Shown one piece after another: positions 30,789 to 40,210 of a stretch of DNA of 64,000 nucleotides. Numbering within the stretch: position 1 is the first letter of the stretch; the number at the start of each line of letters is the position of its first letter. Source of the DNA: an uncultured virus (IMG/VR IMGVR_UViG_3300035501_001058) (taxonomy: Duplodnaviria > Heunggongvirae > Uroviricota > Caudoviricetes). The stretch lies in IMG/VR virus record IMGVR_UViG_3300035501_001058. The stretch is one strand, 5' to 3'. The notes beneath the pieces were generated by a model. That model was not told the origin of the DNA. It was given only the letters and a program-made list of their open reading frames with translations, and made no database searches. The position numbers and the translations under genes were made by a program.

Positions 30789-31988
30789 ATGAAATTACTT
30801 ACAGATGAACTGGAAACTCAGTTTAAGGAAAATCCATTAATGTCACAAGACGGAAAACTTGAGGAAGCAAGAATTATTGCTAAAATATCAAACAAGTCTG
30901 GTCCGGGAACTTGGCTAATCACAGAAGGTTCTCAAGAAGACGATGATTGGTGTATGTTTGGTTATTGTCATATTGTTTGCTGGGAATGGGGTTATGTAAT
31001 GCTAAGTGAATTACAGAATCTTATAGATTCAGGTTTTGCTGATTTAGAGCTACTAGTATACAAGAATAAGTGCACTGTTGGGGACTACATAAGCACACAT
31101 GTAAATGTTGATACTGTATATAGTGAAGAGGATTTAATTGCTTTAGTAACTAAATACTGTTTAACAGAATATGATACTATAGCTAAGATTACAACAGTAA
31201 ATAAAATAAATCATTCTTGTAATAGTATTGCAGTACCTTCACTAGCACATAAAAATATGAGTGCGTGTTTTGATTGCAGGAAGCTGTTCCAAGACTACCA
31301 AAATACCGGATATGAAAGTATTTGTGCATTGATAGATGTAGCGGTTCATAGAGAAATGAATGAAATTGTAGAAAATAGATGCAAACCTATTAGCTATTTC
31401 AAACAATTAGTAAATTATGAATTAAATAAGGAATTTTTAAAAGATGCTATATTTGAAAAATTCCTTGATCTTGCTATTGTGATACGTGCTGTAGTTATTG
31501 ATACTGATCATAGTGTTGGTAGTATGATTATGACAGAGGCAGTGACAAAAGAGTTAGGGTTAACAAAAGAGCAATTATTCAGCTTAACTTTAGAAAAAAC
31601 AGATTATAATGAGATATTAATCATGCCTGTAGAAGAAATGCTACAACGTGCATTAAAGCAGGACGCTAATTGTGTTTCAAGTGCAGAAGCAGAAATAACA
31701 ATGTATGCAGTAACAAATAAACAATATCTTAACGGAAGTGGTGCTATACTCTCGGATACATTTAAGAAGTTTGCTAAGAAATTAGATAGTGATCTGTTCT
31801 TATTGCCATCTAGTATACATGAATGGTTCATCGTTATAGACAATACAACATTAGATAGAGAAACATCAATAAAGGATTTAAAAGATATTGTTAAATATGC
31901 TAATGATAATGTCTTAAATGAGAAAGAGTTTTTGTCAAACAACGTATACATGTATGATAGAATAACTGATAGTTTTAGCATTATATAA
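30789..31988 (+). CDS. Fusion of DUF2958-like and DUF5688-like domains
   Basis: N: GTWLITE...FGY...EWGYVMLSEL; C: MYAVTN...NGSGAI...LLPSSIHE...LSNNVYMYD. Confidence 0.7.
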   Translation: MKLLTDELETQFKENPLMSQDGKLEEARIIAKISNKSGPGTWLITEGSQEDDDWCMFGYCHIVCWEWGYVMLSELQNLIDSGFADLELLVYKNKCTVGDYISTHVNVDTVYSEEDLIALVTKYCLTEYDTIAKITTVNKINHSCNSIAVPSLAHKNMSACFDCRKLFQDYQNTGYESICALIDVAVHREMNEIVENRCKPISYFKQLVNYELNKEFLKDAIFEKFLDLAIVIRAVVIDTDHSVGSMIMTEAVTKELGLTKEQLFSLTLEKTDYNEILIMPVEEMLQRALKQDANCVSSAEAEITMYAVTNKQYLNGSGAILSDTFKKFAKKLDSDLFLLPSSIHEWFIVIDNTTLDRETSIKDLKDIVKYANDNVLNEKEFLSNNVYMYDRITDSFSII

Positions 31989-31992
31989 TAAC

Positions 31993-32024
31993 GGGGGTGC
32001 CTATAAAAGGGTGCCCTTGTTTTT
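31993..32024 (+). terminator. Terminator-like hairpin with TATAAAAG loop
   Basis: GGGGGTGCC/GGTGCCCTT stem (needs G-U pairs) then GTTTTT. Confidence 0.7.
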
Positions 32025-32042
32025 ACAGATAGGGGTGATTTA

Positions 32043-32777
32043 ATGTCATATAAGAGCAGTACAAATGAAAAGTTATTACAGCTATACAAAGATACTAGTA
32101 AAGATAATGTGATACAAGTAGGTAGAGCTATGTTAGAGTCAAGCACACATAAGGAGGATAAACATTTTCTAGCACACACACATGGAGAAATTTGTGAAAC
32201 AGTGTTAGAGTGTATAATACTTGATTATCTGAAAAAATATAATTTAACAAAATATGGATGGTTTTATGAAAAAGGTTTAATTTTAAAAGATGTAAATAAT
32301 GCTGAATCTGGGTATTTTACAGAGCTAGATTTAACAGTATTTACCCCACAAAAGATCTTCGCTTTTGAATGTAAATCATATGGTGGAGATAAAAAGATTA
32401 CAGATGTATGCACAATTAGAAAGAAATCTGGTTCATCTTTTGATGTATATGAACAGCACAAAAAGCATTTTATGGTTCTGGCGGACCAATTAAAACCATT
32501 TAGAATCATTAATAGTGAAAATTCTCTAGAAAATCCGTATCAATTAATCTTATTTAATTTCAGCACAGGAACTACTATTGATAATAGAGACACTGCTAAT
32601 AAATTACTTATGCCCTGCTTAGATGAATCTAATGTTGAAAATATTTTTAAACTTGCATGGGATAAACCTGTAATGTGGGATGTGAATAGAGTACATAAAG
32701 CTATGCAGATAATTGAAAAACATTCGGAAGCTAATAGAGTTAAACATTTAAATTATGTAAAAAATTTAAAACATTGA
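32043..32777 (+). CDS. NERD-domain (PD-(D/E)xK) nuclease-like protein
   Basis: GEICE, ELDLTV, IFAFECKSYGG, YEQ motifs. Confidence 0.8.
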   Translation: MSYKSSTNEKLLQLYKDTSKDNVIQVGRAMLESSTHKEDKHFLAHTHGEICETVLECIILDYLKKYNLTKYGWFYEKGLILKDVNNAESGYFTELDLTVFTPQKIFAFECKSYGGDKKITDVCTIRKKSGSSFDVYEQHKKHFMVLADQLKPFRIINSENSLENPYQLILFNFSTGTTIDNRDTANKLLMPCLDESNVENIFKLAWDKPVMWDVNRVHKAMQIIEKHSEANRVKHLNYVKNLKH

Positions 32778-32789
32778 ATGGAGGAGCTT

Positions 32790-33569
32790 ATGAAATTACA
32801 ATATTTTGAAGATGTTTGGAGCAATTTAGATAAAAGTTATAATAAATATAATAAAATACAGAGTTGCACAAAGAAGGAGTACATGTGTTTACTTCTTAAT
32901 GCAGAAGAACCATTAAAAGGTGCACAGATGCTTGAAAATTATTTAAGTGATGAAATAGAAACATATAATGAGGAAGAAATGACAAGATATGATAAACTGC
33001 ATGATACATTACAAGCAGCTTTAGATAAATATGATGCTTTAGGTAAGCAATCTTTGGACGATTTCGATGCATTCTTAAAGCATGAAGTTATTAAATTTAA
33101 TATAAATAATTATGGTTGGAAAACAAACAGGGAACATATTTTACCTGAAGAATTATTAAGTAAAGGTTTTGTTATTGATACAGTCGTACTAGAACATGGT
33201 AATGTAAAATCATATGTAGTGGAGACAACAGACGAATACAGAATTTTCTGGGGAGTAAGTGATTTAGAGTCATTATTATATAGCGATAGATTGGATAGCC
33301 GCTTCGATAGAGTTATATATGTCGCTCTTAAACAGCTAGCTGTTGAGCATAAGCTCACTACGCCTATAGTTGCTATGAGTTCTAAATATTTTGATTGTGT
33401 TAAATCTCAGTTTATTGCAGGTAAATTTAAGAAACCTTTTAAGGATTTACGGGAAGGATTAACTGAACTAAAAACAATAAAAGGTGAAGAATACTCTGTC
33501 GAGTATAAATATGTCATTGTAAGGACAAGAGTTGGCGGCCGCTACTGCACGATAATAGGGGTGATTTAA
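32790..33569 (+). CDS. Hypothetical protein
   Basis: GGAGGAG RBS before ATG 32790. Confidence 0.75.
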   Translation: MKLQYFEDVWSNLDKSYNKYNKIQSCTKKEYMCLLLNAEEPLKGAQMLENYLSDEIETYNEEEMTRYDKLHDTLQAALDKYDALGKQSLDDFDAFLKHEVIKFNINNYGWKTNREHILPEELLSKGFVIDTVVLEHGNVKSYVVETTDEYRIFWGVSDLESLLYSDRLDSRFDRVIYVALKQLAVEHKLTTPIVAMSSKYFDCVKSQFIAGKFKKPFKDLREGLTELKTIKGEEYSVEYKYVIVRTRVGGRYCTIIGVI

Positions 33570-34336
33570 TGTCATTAGCTTCAAGCTGGGATTATTTATA
33601 TAAGAATGTTATGATAAATGACAGAGATAGTCAGTTAGGATATCTAAGTCTCATAAGTGAAAAAGTGAGAGAGATACCAAAAGAGGCCTTAATTTCTGAG
33701 CAGGCTCTGTTTATTCCGAATGATGATTACATTAGTTATTATGGTGACGAGTTAATAATTTTTGATGAAAATGGTTTTTACAGTGGTGGCAACTCCATTT
33801 GGACAGATTATGTAATTTTTCCAATCAGAGGTTTAGACAACGCAGCGAAAGGACTTGGTGGGTTCTCACCAAGACTATACTTAACTGCTAAGGAAACTAA
33901 TGATTATAGTATTGCATACTATAGTTATTCAACAAAAAGGATTTTTAATAAAGGTGCATACTTATTTTGGGGACTTGATGGATTTGAAAAAGCATACACA
34001 GCAGGATATGTTATACTAGTCGATGGTATGTTTGATGCTATCAATCTAAGACGTCTAGGCTTTAATGCAGCTGCTTTAATGGGTTCTTCACTGACTGAAA
34101 TAATAATAAGCCAATTACGGTTTTTTAAAAAGGTTATAATAGTTAGTGATAATGATGATGCTGGTAATAAGTTAGAAAATAGACTGAAAAAGCAATTACA
34201 TAACTGTGCTTACTTGCGACAAAGTTTTGATAAAGATGTTGATGGCGCGATAAAGGCAGGATTTAGCAAAGAGATAATCTCAGAATTAAATAAAATGATA
34301 GCTGAACCAATGATCTTAGATCACGTGATACGCTAA
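33569..34336 (+). CDS. DnaG-like primase catalytic core (Toprim) without zinc-binding or helicase-binding domains
   Basis: VIFPIR, GGFSPR, VDGMFDA, ALMGS, DNDDAG, KDVD. Confidence 0.85.
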   Translation: MSLASSWDYLYKNVMINDRDSQLGYLSLISEKVREIPKEALISEQALFIPNDDYISYYGDELIIFDENGFYSGGNSIWTDYVIFPIRGLDNAAKGLGGFSPRLYLTAKETNDYSIAYYSYSTKRIFNKGAYLFWGLDGFEKAYTAGYVILVDGMFDAINLRRLGFNAAALMGSSLTEIIISQLRFFKKVIIVSDNDDAGNKLENRLKKQLHNCAYLRQSFDKDVDGAIKAGFSKEIISELNKMIAEPMILDHVIR

Positions 34337-34484
34337 TTTGTTAAAAATACCTAATGAAAATAAACCGATTATGACCTTTTTATTTGCTATTTATAATTGT
34401 CAAAAAGTAGAGATGCAAAAAGATGATAAAACTTTTTGTGAACTTGAAAGGACAAATAAGTACAAAGAAAAGGAGAAAAAGAGT

Positions 34485-35843
34485 ATGGCAATGTTAAGTT
34501 TGTCAGAGTTCATGAATGAGCTCAAGGAAAATGGTACAGATGGTACCTCAAAGTACAATTTAAGAAATGAGAATGAGCAGGTTAAATCCCGTGTTGCTAC
34601 CATTCCAAAATTGAAAAAGGAGTTAAAGAAAAAATCAAAGTTATTGATTATTATGGAATTAGCTATTCCATTTAACCCTTTAACCGGTAAAGCAGATGAT
34701 GTTTACAACCCAGATAAGAAGTTTAGACCACAGAAATCTGCAACCACTGTGGCATTAATGCTAAAAGAAGAAGCAAATGAAAATGAAGCATTAAAAGAAA
34801 CATTAATGCACAGAGCAGGTGTTGAGACTTGGGACACTTCAGACGCTTCTGTTCTTAATGATGTAGATAAGAAGATTTTTAAGAAGTACAGAGTACCTTC
34901 AGTGTACACATTCCCAGTAGTTAATGTTGATATACCGGTTATGACAAAACAGTATAGCAGAGATTACATTATTAATGTTCAGAGAGATCCAGTTACTGCG
35001 CAGATTATTGGTGAGAAACCTTTGGCAATACAGGCTAATGAATTTTTCCGTGATATAGCATACGAAGAATACAATGATTTTCAGCAGAAGTGCACATCAG
35101 GTGAGATTAATATGACAGACAAGCAGAAGCAGGAAAGAACTCTTCAGATTTTTGGTAAGGTTCCTGTTTCTGATGATCACCCTGTTAACTACTTAATTGC
35201 AATGGAACTTCCATTAGATAATAAATATGATTTGAAAGATGATTATGCCGGAATTAAGGAAGACGATGTGAAAAAGTTGCTTGTGCAGACAAGAAGATCA
35301 AAAGGTCTTGGAGATGCAATAAGTAAGTATCTTAGCGAGGAATGGGGTAAATATGATGTTCACTTTGATTTTGTAGAAATCGATATGTGTTGCCCAGCAG
35401 AAGGTGATACACCGGCGGAGATTGGACAGGGAACAACATACGAGAAACCAGAAGCTATTCCTGAGAGCAATAGTAAGCCTATTGAAGATGCTCTTAGAGC
35501 ATACTTCGATTCCCAGGATGATTTAGAAGCAACAATGATTAATTCTGTGCGTATTTCAAAATATGATGAAAATGTAGAAAGACAGTTGTGCTCTGCACTT
35601 GCATCTGTTGTTGATAGTGATAATCCTTTCTTGACTAAAGATGTTATTAGACAGCACAGAGAATTTATCACAGTTGCATTAGGTGATGTCGGTTCAGAAT
35701 TATTACTTTCAGTTGAAATGGATGATGAAGATAGAGCAGACGGTAGTCTTAATCAGGAGGAAGCTGCTAAGTTATCAAAAGAAGTTAGCTTAGAGTCTAT
35801 AATGCAGGAAGATGATGTACTTGATTTGGAAGTAATAGAGTAA
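34485..35843 (+). CDS. Acidic hypothetical protein (452 aa), candidate ssDNA-binding protein
   Basis: AAGGAG before ATG 34485; own intergenic leader and terminator; acidic tail EDDVLDLEVIE; beside primase. Function is inference. Confidence 0.7.
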   Translation: MAMLSLSEFMNELKENGTDGTSKYNLRNENEQVKSRVATIPKLKKELKKKSKLLIIMELAIPFNPLTGKADDVYNPDKKFRPQKSATTVALMLKEEANENEALKETLMHRAGVETWDTSDASVLNDVDKKIFKKYRVPSVYTFPVVNVDIPVMTKQYSRDYIINVQRDPVTAQIIGEKPLAIQANEFFRDIAYEEYNDFQQKCTSGEINMTDKQKQERTLQIFGKVPVSDDHPVNYLIAMELPLDNKYDLKDDYAGIKEDDVKKLLVQTRRSKGLGDAISKYLSEEWGKYDVHFDFVEIDMCCPAEGDTPAEIGQGTTYEKPEAIPESNSKPIEDALRAYFDSQDDLEATMINSVRISKYDENVERQLCSALASVVDSDNPFLTKDVIRQHREFITVALGDVGSELLLSVEMDDEDRADGSLNQEEAAKLSKEVSLESIMQEDDVLDLEVIE

Positions 35844-35863
35844 TATACAAATAGATGCGTAAA

Positions 35864-35897
35864 GGGGAGCTGTTGGTAAAACAACAGCTCCTTTTTT
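35864..35897 (+). terminator. Intrinsic terminator (loop GTAAAA)
   Basis: GGAGCTGTTG/CAACAGCTCC stem then T6. Confidence 0.85.
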
Positions 35898-36023
35898 AGG
35901 TTATAAGGAATACTTTAAAAATAGGGAATACTCGAGATAATTTTTTATATAGTCATACGGGGATATTTTTAGGGTAGGAAGTTTGACATTTTATGAAATG
36001 ATAATTTTATGTTAGGAGGAAAT

Positions 36024-37211
36024 ATGTTACAGGCAATTAGATTAGTAGACTGTCAATCTTTTGAAGATGCTACATTAGAGTTTTCAACAGATAGAGTTAA
36101 TATACTTGTAGCAGAAAATAATACTGGTAAGAGTATTTTATTTAAAATGCTAAAGGTTACTGTCAATCCGAATGGGCTTCCAAATGTAAAAAGAAATCAA
36201 TTAATTCGAAGGGGAGCTAAATGTGCATCTATGATATGTGCTTTTACAGATGGAAGTATAGGTATAACACAAGTTTATAAAAATACAGTAATTTATAGAT
36301 TTAAAGATGCAGACTCTGATAATTTTTATACATACAATGAGCCACCTGACAAGTATATTAAGGCTTTAGGATTAGTTGTTGATAAGAGGACAAAGTTTAT
36401 AGCAAATATCATTGATACAGAGCAGGATATGTTACTAGTTAACTCAGATCAAAAAGGTAATAATGAACTTTTGAGATTACTTGCTGAGAGCACGGAGTTA
36501 TTAGATTTACGAGATAAATTAACAATAGAATATAATAATTGCAAGAGATATGGGTCAGATTTACTTATTAAAGAGTCTGCACTAAAGCAATCTATAGATA
36601 CATTACAGTATGGTGATGTGGAAAAACTTGAATATGAATATAATAGAAGTAGTGCAATATATAAGTCTTTGAGCTTATTAGTCAATGCATCTGAAACAGT
36701 AGAGAATATATTTGCTGATAATATGAATTCATATAATTATGGTAAAGCTATTACTATGATAGATTTGTTGATTGAGCTAGATAATATTGATAGAACCTTT
36801 TCAGAAATAACAACACAACAGCCTATTTCTGAGGACGGATTGAAATTATTAGGGGTCATTGATGCTATAAATAATGCACTAAATGATGTTATGGTCTTAC
36901 CAAAAATAGACATGAATAACGAATTCGTACAACTATTAATAGATATACAATCTATGTGTGATTTTATAAGTGTTACTCATGATAATTCTATAGCTATTAC
37001 AAGAGTTGATGAAATGAAACTGCTTAATAGTGCTTTAGCATCTGTAATAAATGTAAATAGGTTAAGGGAAGAACTTACTTCTATTGAGTCAGATTGTGCA
37101 AGAGTAATAAATCAGATGACAATAGCTGGTAAACAAGTAAACTGTCCTATTCACGGAAAGGTGGTATACGATGGGAAAGAATGCGTACCTTATAATCTCG
37201 GATTTGCATGA
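36024..37211 (+). CDS. SbcC/Rad50-like ATPase, N-terminal half
   Basis: CQSF, Walker A AENNTGKS, LIRRG, Q-loop region EQD, coiled coil ending in CPIH...C. Confidence 0.8.
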   Translation: MLQAIRLVDCQSFEDATLEFSTDRVNILVAENNTGKSILFKMLKVTVNPNGLPNVKRNQLIRRGAKCASMICAFTDGSIGITQVYKNTVIYRFKDADSDNFYTYNEPPDKYIKALGLVVDKRTKFIANIIDTEQDMLLVNSDQKGNNELLRLLAESTELLDLRDKLTIEYNNCKRYGSDLLIKESALKQSIDTLQYGDVEKLEYEYNRSSAIYKSLSLLVNASETVENIFADNMNSYNYGKAITMIDLLIELDNIDRTFSEITTQQPISEDGLKLLGVIDAINNALNDVMVLPKIDMNNEFVQLLIDIQSMCDFISVTHDNSIAITRVDEMKLLNSALASVINVNRLREELTSIESDCARVINQMTIAGKQVNCPIHGKVVYDGKECVPYNLGFA

Positions 37212-38244
37212 CTTTTGCAGTAACTTAGATAACAGAATAGATTATCCAGGTGAAATAGAAGAAGTTAAGCAGAAGATTTTACAACTTGGGGTTAAGTACA
37301 AAGAAAATGGATTTAATCCAATAGCTATTTTAATGGGAGATGTTAATAACAGGTCCTACAGAGATGTTAATAAAGCTGTTTTGAATAATAATTATTGGAT
37401 AGCTGCTAAAGAAATTTTCAGTACAATATATAGTGTACTAGGTAATCATGAAACATCTTATTATAGTTCTAACCCATTTTTCACATTAGTAAACTCAATA
37501 GATTCTGTAAAATTGCAGAATCTTCAAAGTAAGGTATGGCAACCAGTCGGAATTTTTAACGTTTTCAATGTTGTAGACTATGTAGAAGATGGTGATGTTG
37601 AATTTCATTTTAATCATTATGGTTGCCCAGTAACATTACCGAGTTCTGATAAGTTTAATATAGGCTTATTCCACACAGATTTTGTTTTTCAAGAAATTTT
37701 AAAAGCATCTGAAGATAGATTCCATAATGGAGTTTTTGCAACAAATATTATAAAGGCAGAACATAATGAATTTCTTGAATTATACGATTTATGTTTTTTT
37801 GCACATCATCATAAAATTTATGGCTGTTGGAAGATTGAAACAGAAAATGGACATAAATGTGTAATATATCATCTTGCGAGTTTGGGCAGACCCAATGTTA
37901 CAGAAGTAAATAATAATTTTCTAGAACGTAATATACCAGTAGTTATAACAGAAAATGGCAAATTTATTAATGTTGAAGATAATAAGTTTAATTTGCGTAG
38001 CAGAGAAGCCTCTGTTAGGGAAGATGTAGTTGAGATTAATAAAGAGAGCTATGCTCGTGTAAAAGCATTACGCAATACAAATAATTATGTTCCTATAAAA
38101 GATGATCCAATCGAGAATGTAAAATTGTATTGTGCGTCAGATAATTACCTAACCAGAATAGTAGAGGATTTATTATTATTTGACAAGGATTCTTTAACTA
38201 CTGAGATAGAGAAAGAAGTTAATTTAGAAGGAGTTACAATATGA
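37171..38244 (+). CDS. SbcD/Mre11-like metallophosphoesterase nuclease
   Basis: SDLH, GD, GNHE, FH, AHHH, ASLGR motifs. Confidence 0.85.
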   Translation: MGKNAYLIISDLHDFCSNLDNRIDYPGEIEEVKQKILQLGVKYKENGFNPIAILMGDVNNRSYRDVNKAVLNNNYWIAAKEIFSTIYSVLGNHETSYYSSNPFFTLVNSIDSVKLQNLQSKVWQPVGIFNVFNVVDYVEDGDVEFHFNHYGCPVTLPSSDKFNIGLFHTDFVFQEILKASEDRFHNGVFATNIIKAEHNEFLELYDLCFFAHHHKIYGCWKIETENGHKCVIYHLASLGRPNVTEVNNNFLERNIPVVITENGKFINVEDNKFNLRSREASVREDVVEINKESYARVKALRNTNNYVPIKDDPIENVKLYCASDNYLTRIVEDLLLFDKDSLTTEIEKEVNLEGVTI

Positions 38245-38537
38245 ATAATACAGAACTTTCTACCCTTAGAGATCAATTATTAGAGAAAAGGGCAATACAA
38301 CAACAGAAAAGAGCACAATCTGATAAAGCAATAGAAAATCTTAAGGGGCTAATAGCTGAACTTTTAACAAATCATCAGAGTGATTTGTGCAATATAGGAG
38401 TAGAAATAGACAAGTTTAGTGATATAGATTATGACAGATTAAAGGACGATGAAGAATATTTACAGATAATAAAGAGGCTCATAGCAGACACTATTGAAAA
38501 GCTTCGGATTAGTTTGGAGGAGATTCTAAGTGTATAG
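38241..38537 (+). CDS. Small coiled-coil protein
   Basis: 98 aa helical, coupled within the sbcCD-like operon. Confidence 0.7.
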   Translation: MNNTELSTLRDQLLEKRAIQQQKRAQSDKAIENLKGLIAELLTNHQSDLCNIGVEIDKFSDIDYDRLKDDEEYLQIIKRLIADTIEKLRISLEEILSV

Positions 38538-39537
38538 AATAAATGTATCTAATGAAAATCAGATAAAAAAGTTTCTTTCAATAAATGATACAGAATACAT
38601 AGATGCAATTATAAATGGAAAAAATGCTATTTTGATAAATAATTCTAGAGAGATTTTTGCAGCGCTTACACTTGATGCAATTGCAATAGATGAAAGAGAG
38701 CTCTTGCAGATTAGGATACCGAGAAAGTTACTGAACAATTTAGTTACAGTAGGATACTTCTTAGTAAAAATAATTGACACACAAGTACAGCTTGAATTTT
38801 TCGAAGATTTTGAGGGTGATACAGAAAAATCTTGCTCTGTAAGATATCCAAAGCAAGATATCTGGAGTATGTCCTACAAAGAAAAATTGGAAATTATCAG
38901 CAATATTGATTCGAGTATGACATACGATATTTCTAGTTTATCCAACCTTGTAAAAGTTGGTACTATTAATAAAAGTATCATTGATTGCAATAACGGAATA
39001 GCAAGTATTTCTATTAACTCAAATTGTAAAATTTATAGAAGAGTAACATCTGCTATGGATTTTTCCATATCTGCAAGTGCATTAAGTGTACTAATGAAAG
39101 TATCTTCGGAAGTTTTTGATTATCAAAACTATTTAGGTGTTAGTATCAGCGGTTTTACTATTTTGTGTACTAAGGCAAGAGGAAATTCAAATGAAGAATA
39201 TACATTAATACAAGATGAAAGGTCCTCTTGTATTGCTGATGTTGACTTAAGATATCTACAAAGATTTTTAAGTAAAATAAAGGTTGATAATGAAGTATTT
39301 TCGATGAATTTAGATGACGGTGTAACAGAGATAGATAGCAGTTCTAGAAATTACACTTTACCTATCATGGTAAGAAATTTGCAAAAGAGCACGGATAAAC
39401 CTTGCATAATTAATATAACAAAAAGTGTTTTGGAAGTATTAGATAAAGTATGTAAGGGTGACATTGTAAAGCTTTACAATAAGCGTACTTTTGTATTATT
39501 AGATGGAAGTGAAAGTTCTATAATTTATAGGAGTTAG
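38530..39537 (+). CDS. Possible DNA sliding clamp (beta-like)
   Basis: 335 aa with roughly three ~110-aa helix/strand repeats; element encodes clamp-loader subunits. Fold is inference. Confidence 0.4.
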   Translation: MYRINVSNENQIKKFLSINDTEYIDAIINGKNAILINNSREIFAALTLDAIAIDERELLQIRIPRKLLNNLVTVGYFLVKIIDTQVQLEFFEDFEGDTEKSCSVRYPKQDIWSMSYKEKLEIISNIDSSMTYDISSLSNLVKVGTINKSIIDCNNGIASISINSNCKIYRRVTSAMDFSISASALSVLMKVSSEVFDYQNYLGVSISGFTILCTKARGNSNEEYTLIQDERSSCIADVDLRYLQRFLSKIKVDNEVFSMNLDDGVTEIDSSSRNYTLPIMVRNLQKSTDKPCIINITKSVLEVLDKVCKGDIVKLYNKRTFVLLDGSESSIIYRS

Positions 39538-39540
39538 AAT

Positions 39541-40209
39541 ATGACGAAGGCAGAATTGGAATATTATCAAGAAAAGATAATTAATAAAAAAGCTGCATTA
39601 GAAAATGCAAAAGTTATCAATGCTAAACGTGAAGAATTGACATATAAGTATAATCATGTTTATAGTTTGCGCAGAAAGTGCAATAATCATGTTCTTAAAC
39701 TTGAGCAATTACTAAAAATAATAAATCAGGAAGATGCAGCTTTTCGTGAGAGGCGAATTGCTTTTCTCAATGAACATGTAACAGAGGAATTATTAAAGAT
39801 TTTTCCTTCTAAAGGGTATGAAGCTAAGATTGATTGCGACTTTAAAAGAAGTAATGGAATAGCAACACTTACCTTGAAGGATAAATACGGTATTGAGCGT
39901 ATACCAGAGATTACTGAAGGAAAATTGTGTCAGTATCTTATAAGTTTTGCTAGTACTGTAGGAGCAGTAAAGGGTTTGGGAACAAATAATATTTATATAG
40001 ATGAGGCTTTTGGTGTATCCTCTTCTAATAATTTACCAAAGATTGGTGAAATAATAGCAAATACTGTTGAGGGTGGTTTACAAATTATACTAATAAGTCA
40101 GAATAGTGGTTTGTATACAGATATACCTCGAAGAGAAATACACCTACTACTTGATGAAACAGAGGATGTCGCACGTGTAGAGAAAATAGAAGATTTAGGA
40201 GAGAAATGA
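39541..40209 (+). CDS. SbcC/Rad50-like ATPase, C-terminal half
   Basis: Coiled coil, degenerate signature TEGK, Walker B/D-loop IYIDEAF, QIILISQ. Confidence 0.8.
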   Translation: MTKAELEYYQEKIINKKAALENAKVINAKREELTYKYNHVYSLRRKCNNHVLKLEQLLKIINQEDAAFRERRIAFLNEHVTEELLKIFPSKGYEAKIDCDFKRSNGIATLTLKDKYGIERIPEITEGKLCQYLISFASTVGAVKGLGTNNIYIDEAFGVSSSNNLPKIGEIIANTVEGGLQIILISQNSGLYTDIPRREIHLLLDETEDVARVEKIEDLGEK

Positions 40210-40210
40210 T

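Noticed and set aside
34338..34484. 49-aa N-terminal extension of the 501-aa ORF
   Set aside because: TTG start has no RBS; the region contains a TATAAT and looks like a promoter/leader; strong RBS precedes ATG 34485.
35983..36005. TTGACA...GATAAT sigma-A promoter
   Set aside because: Spacer is only 11 bp; no properly spaced -10 box.
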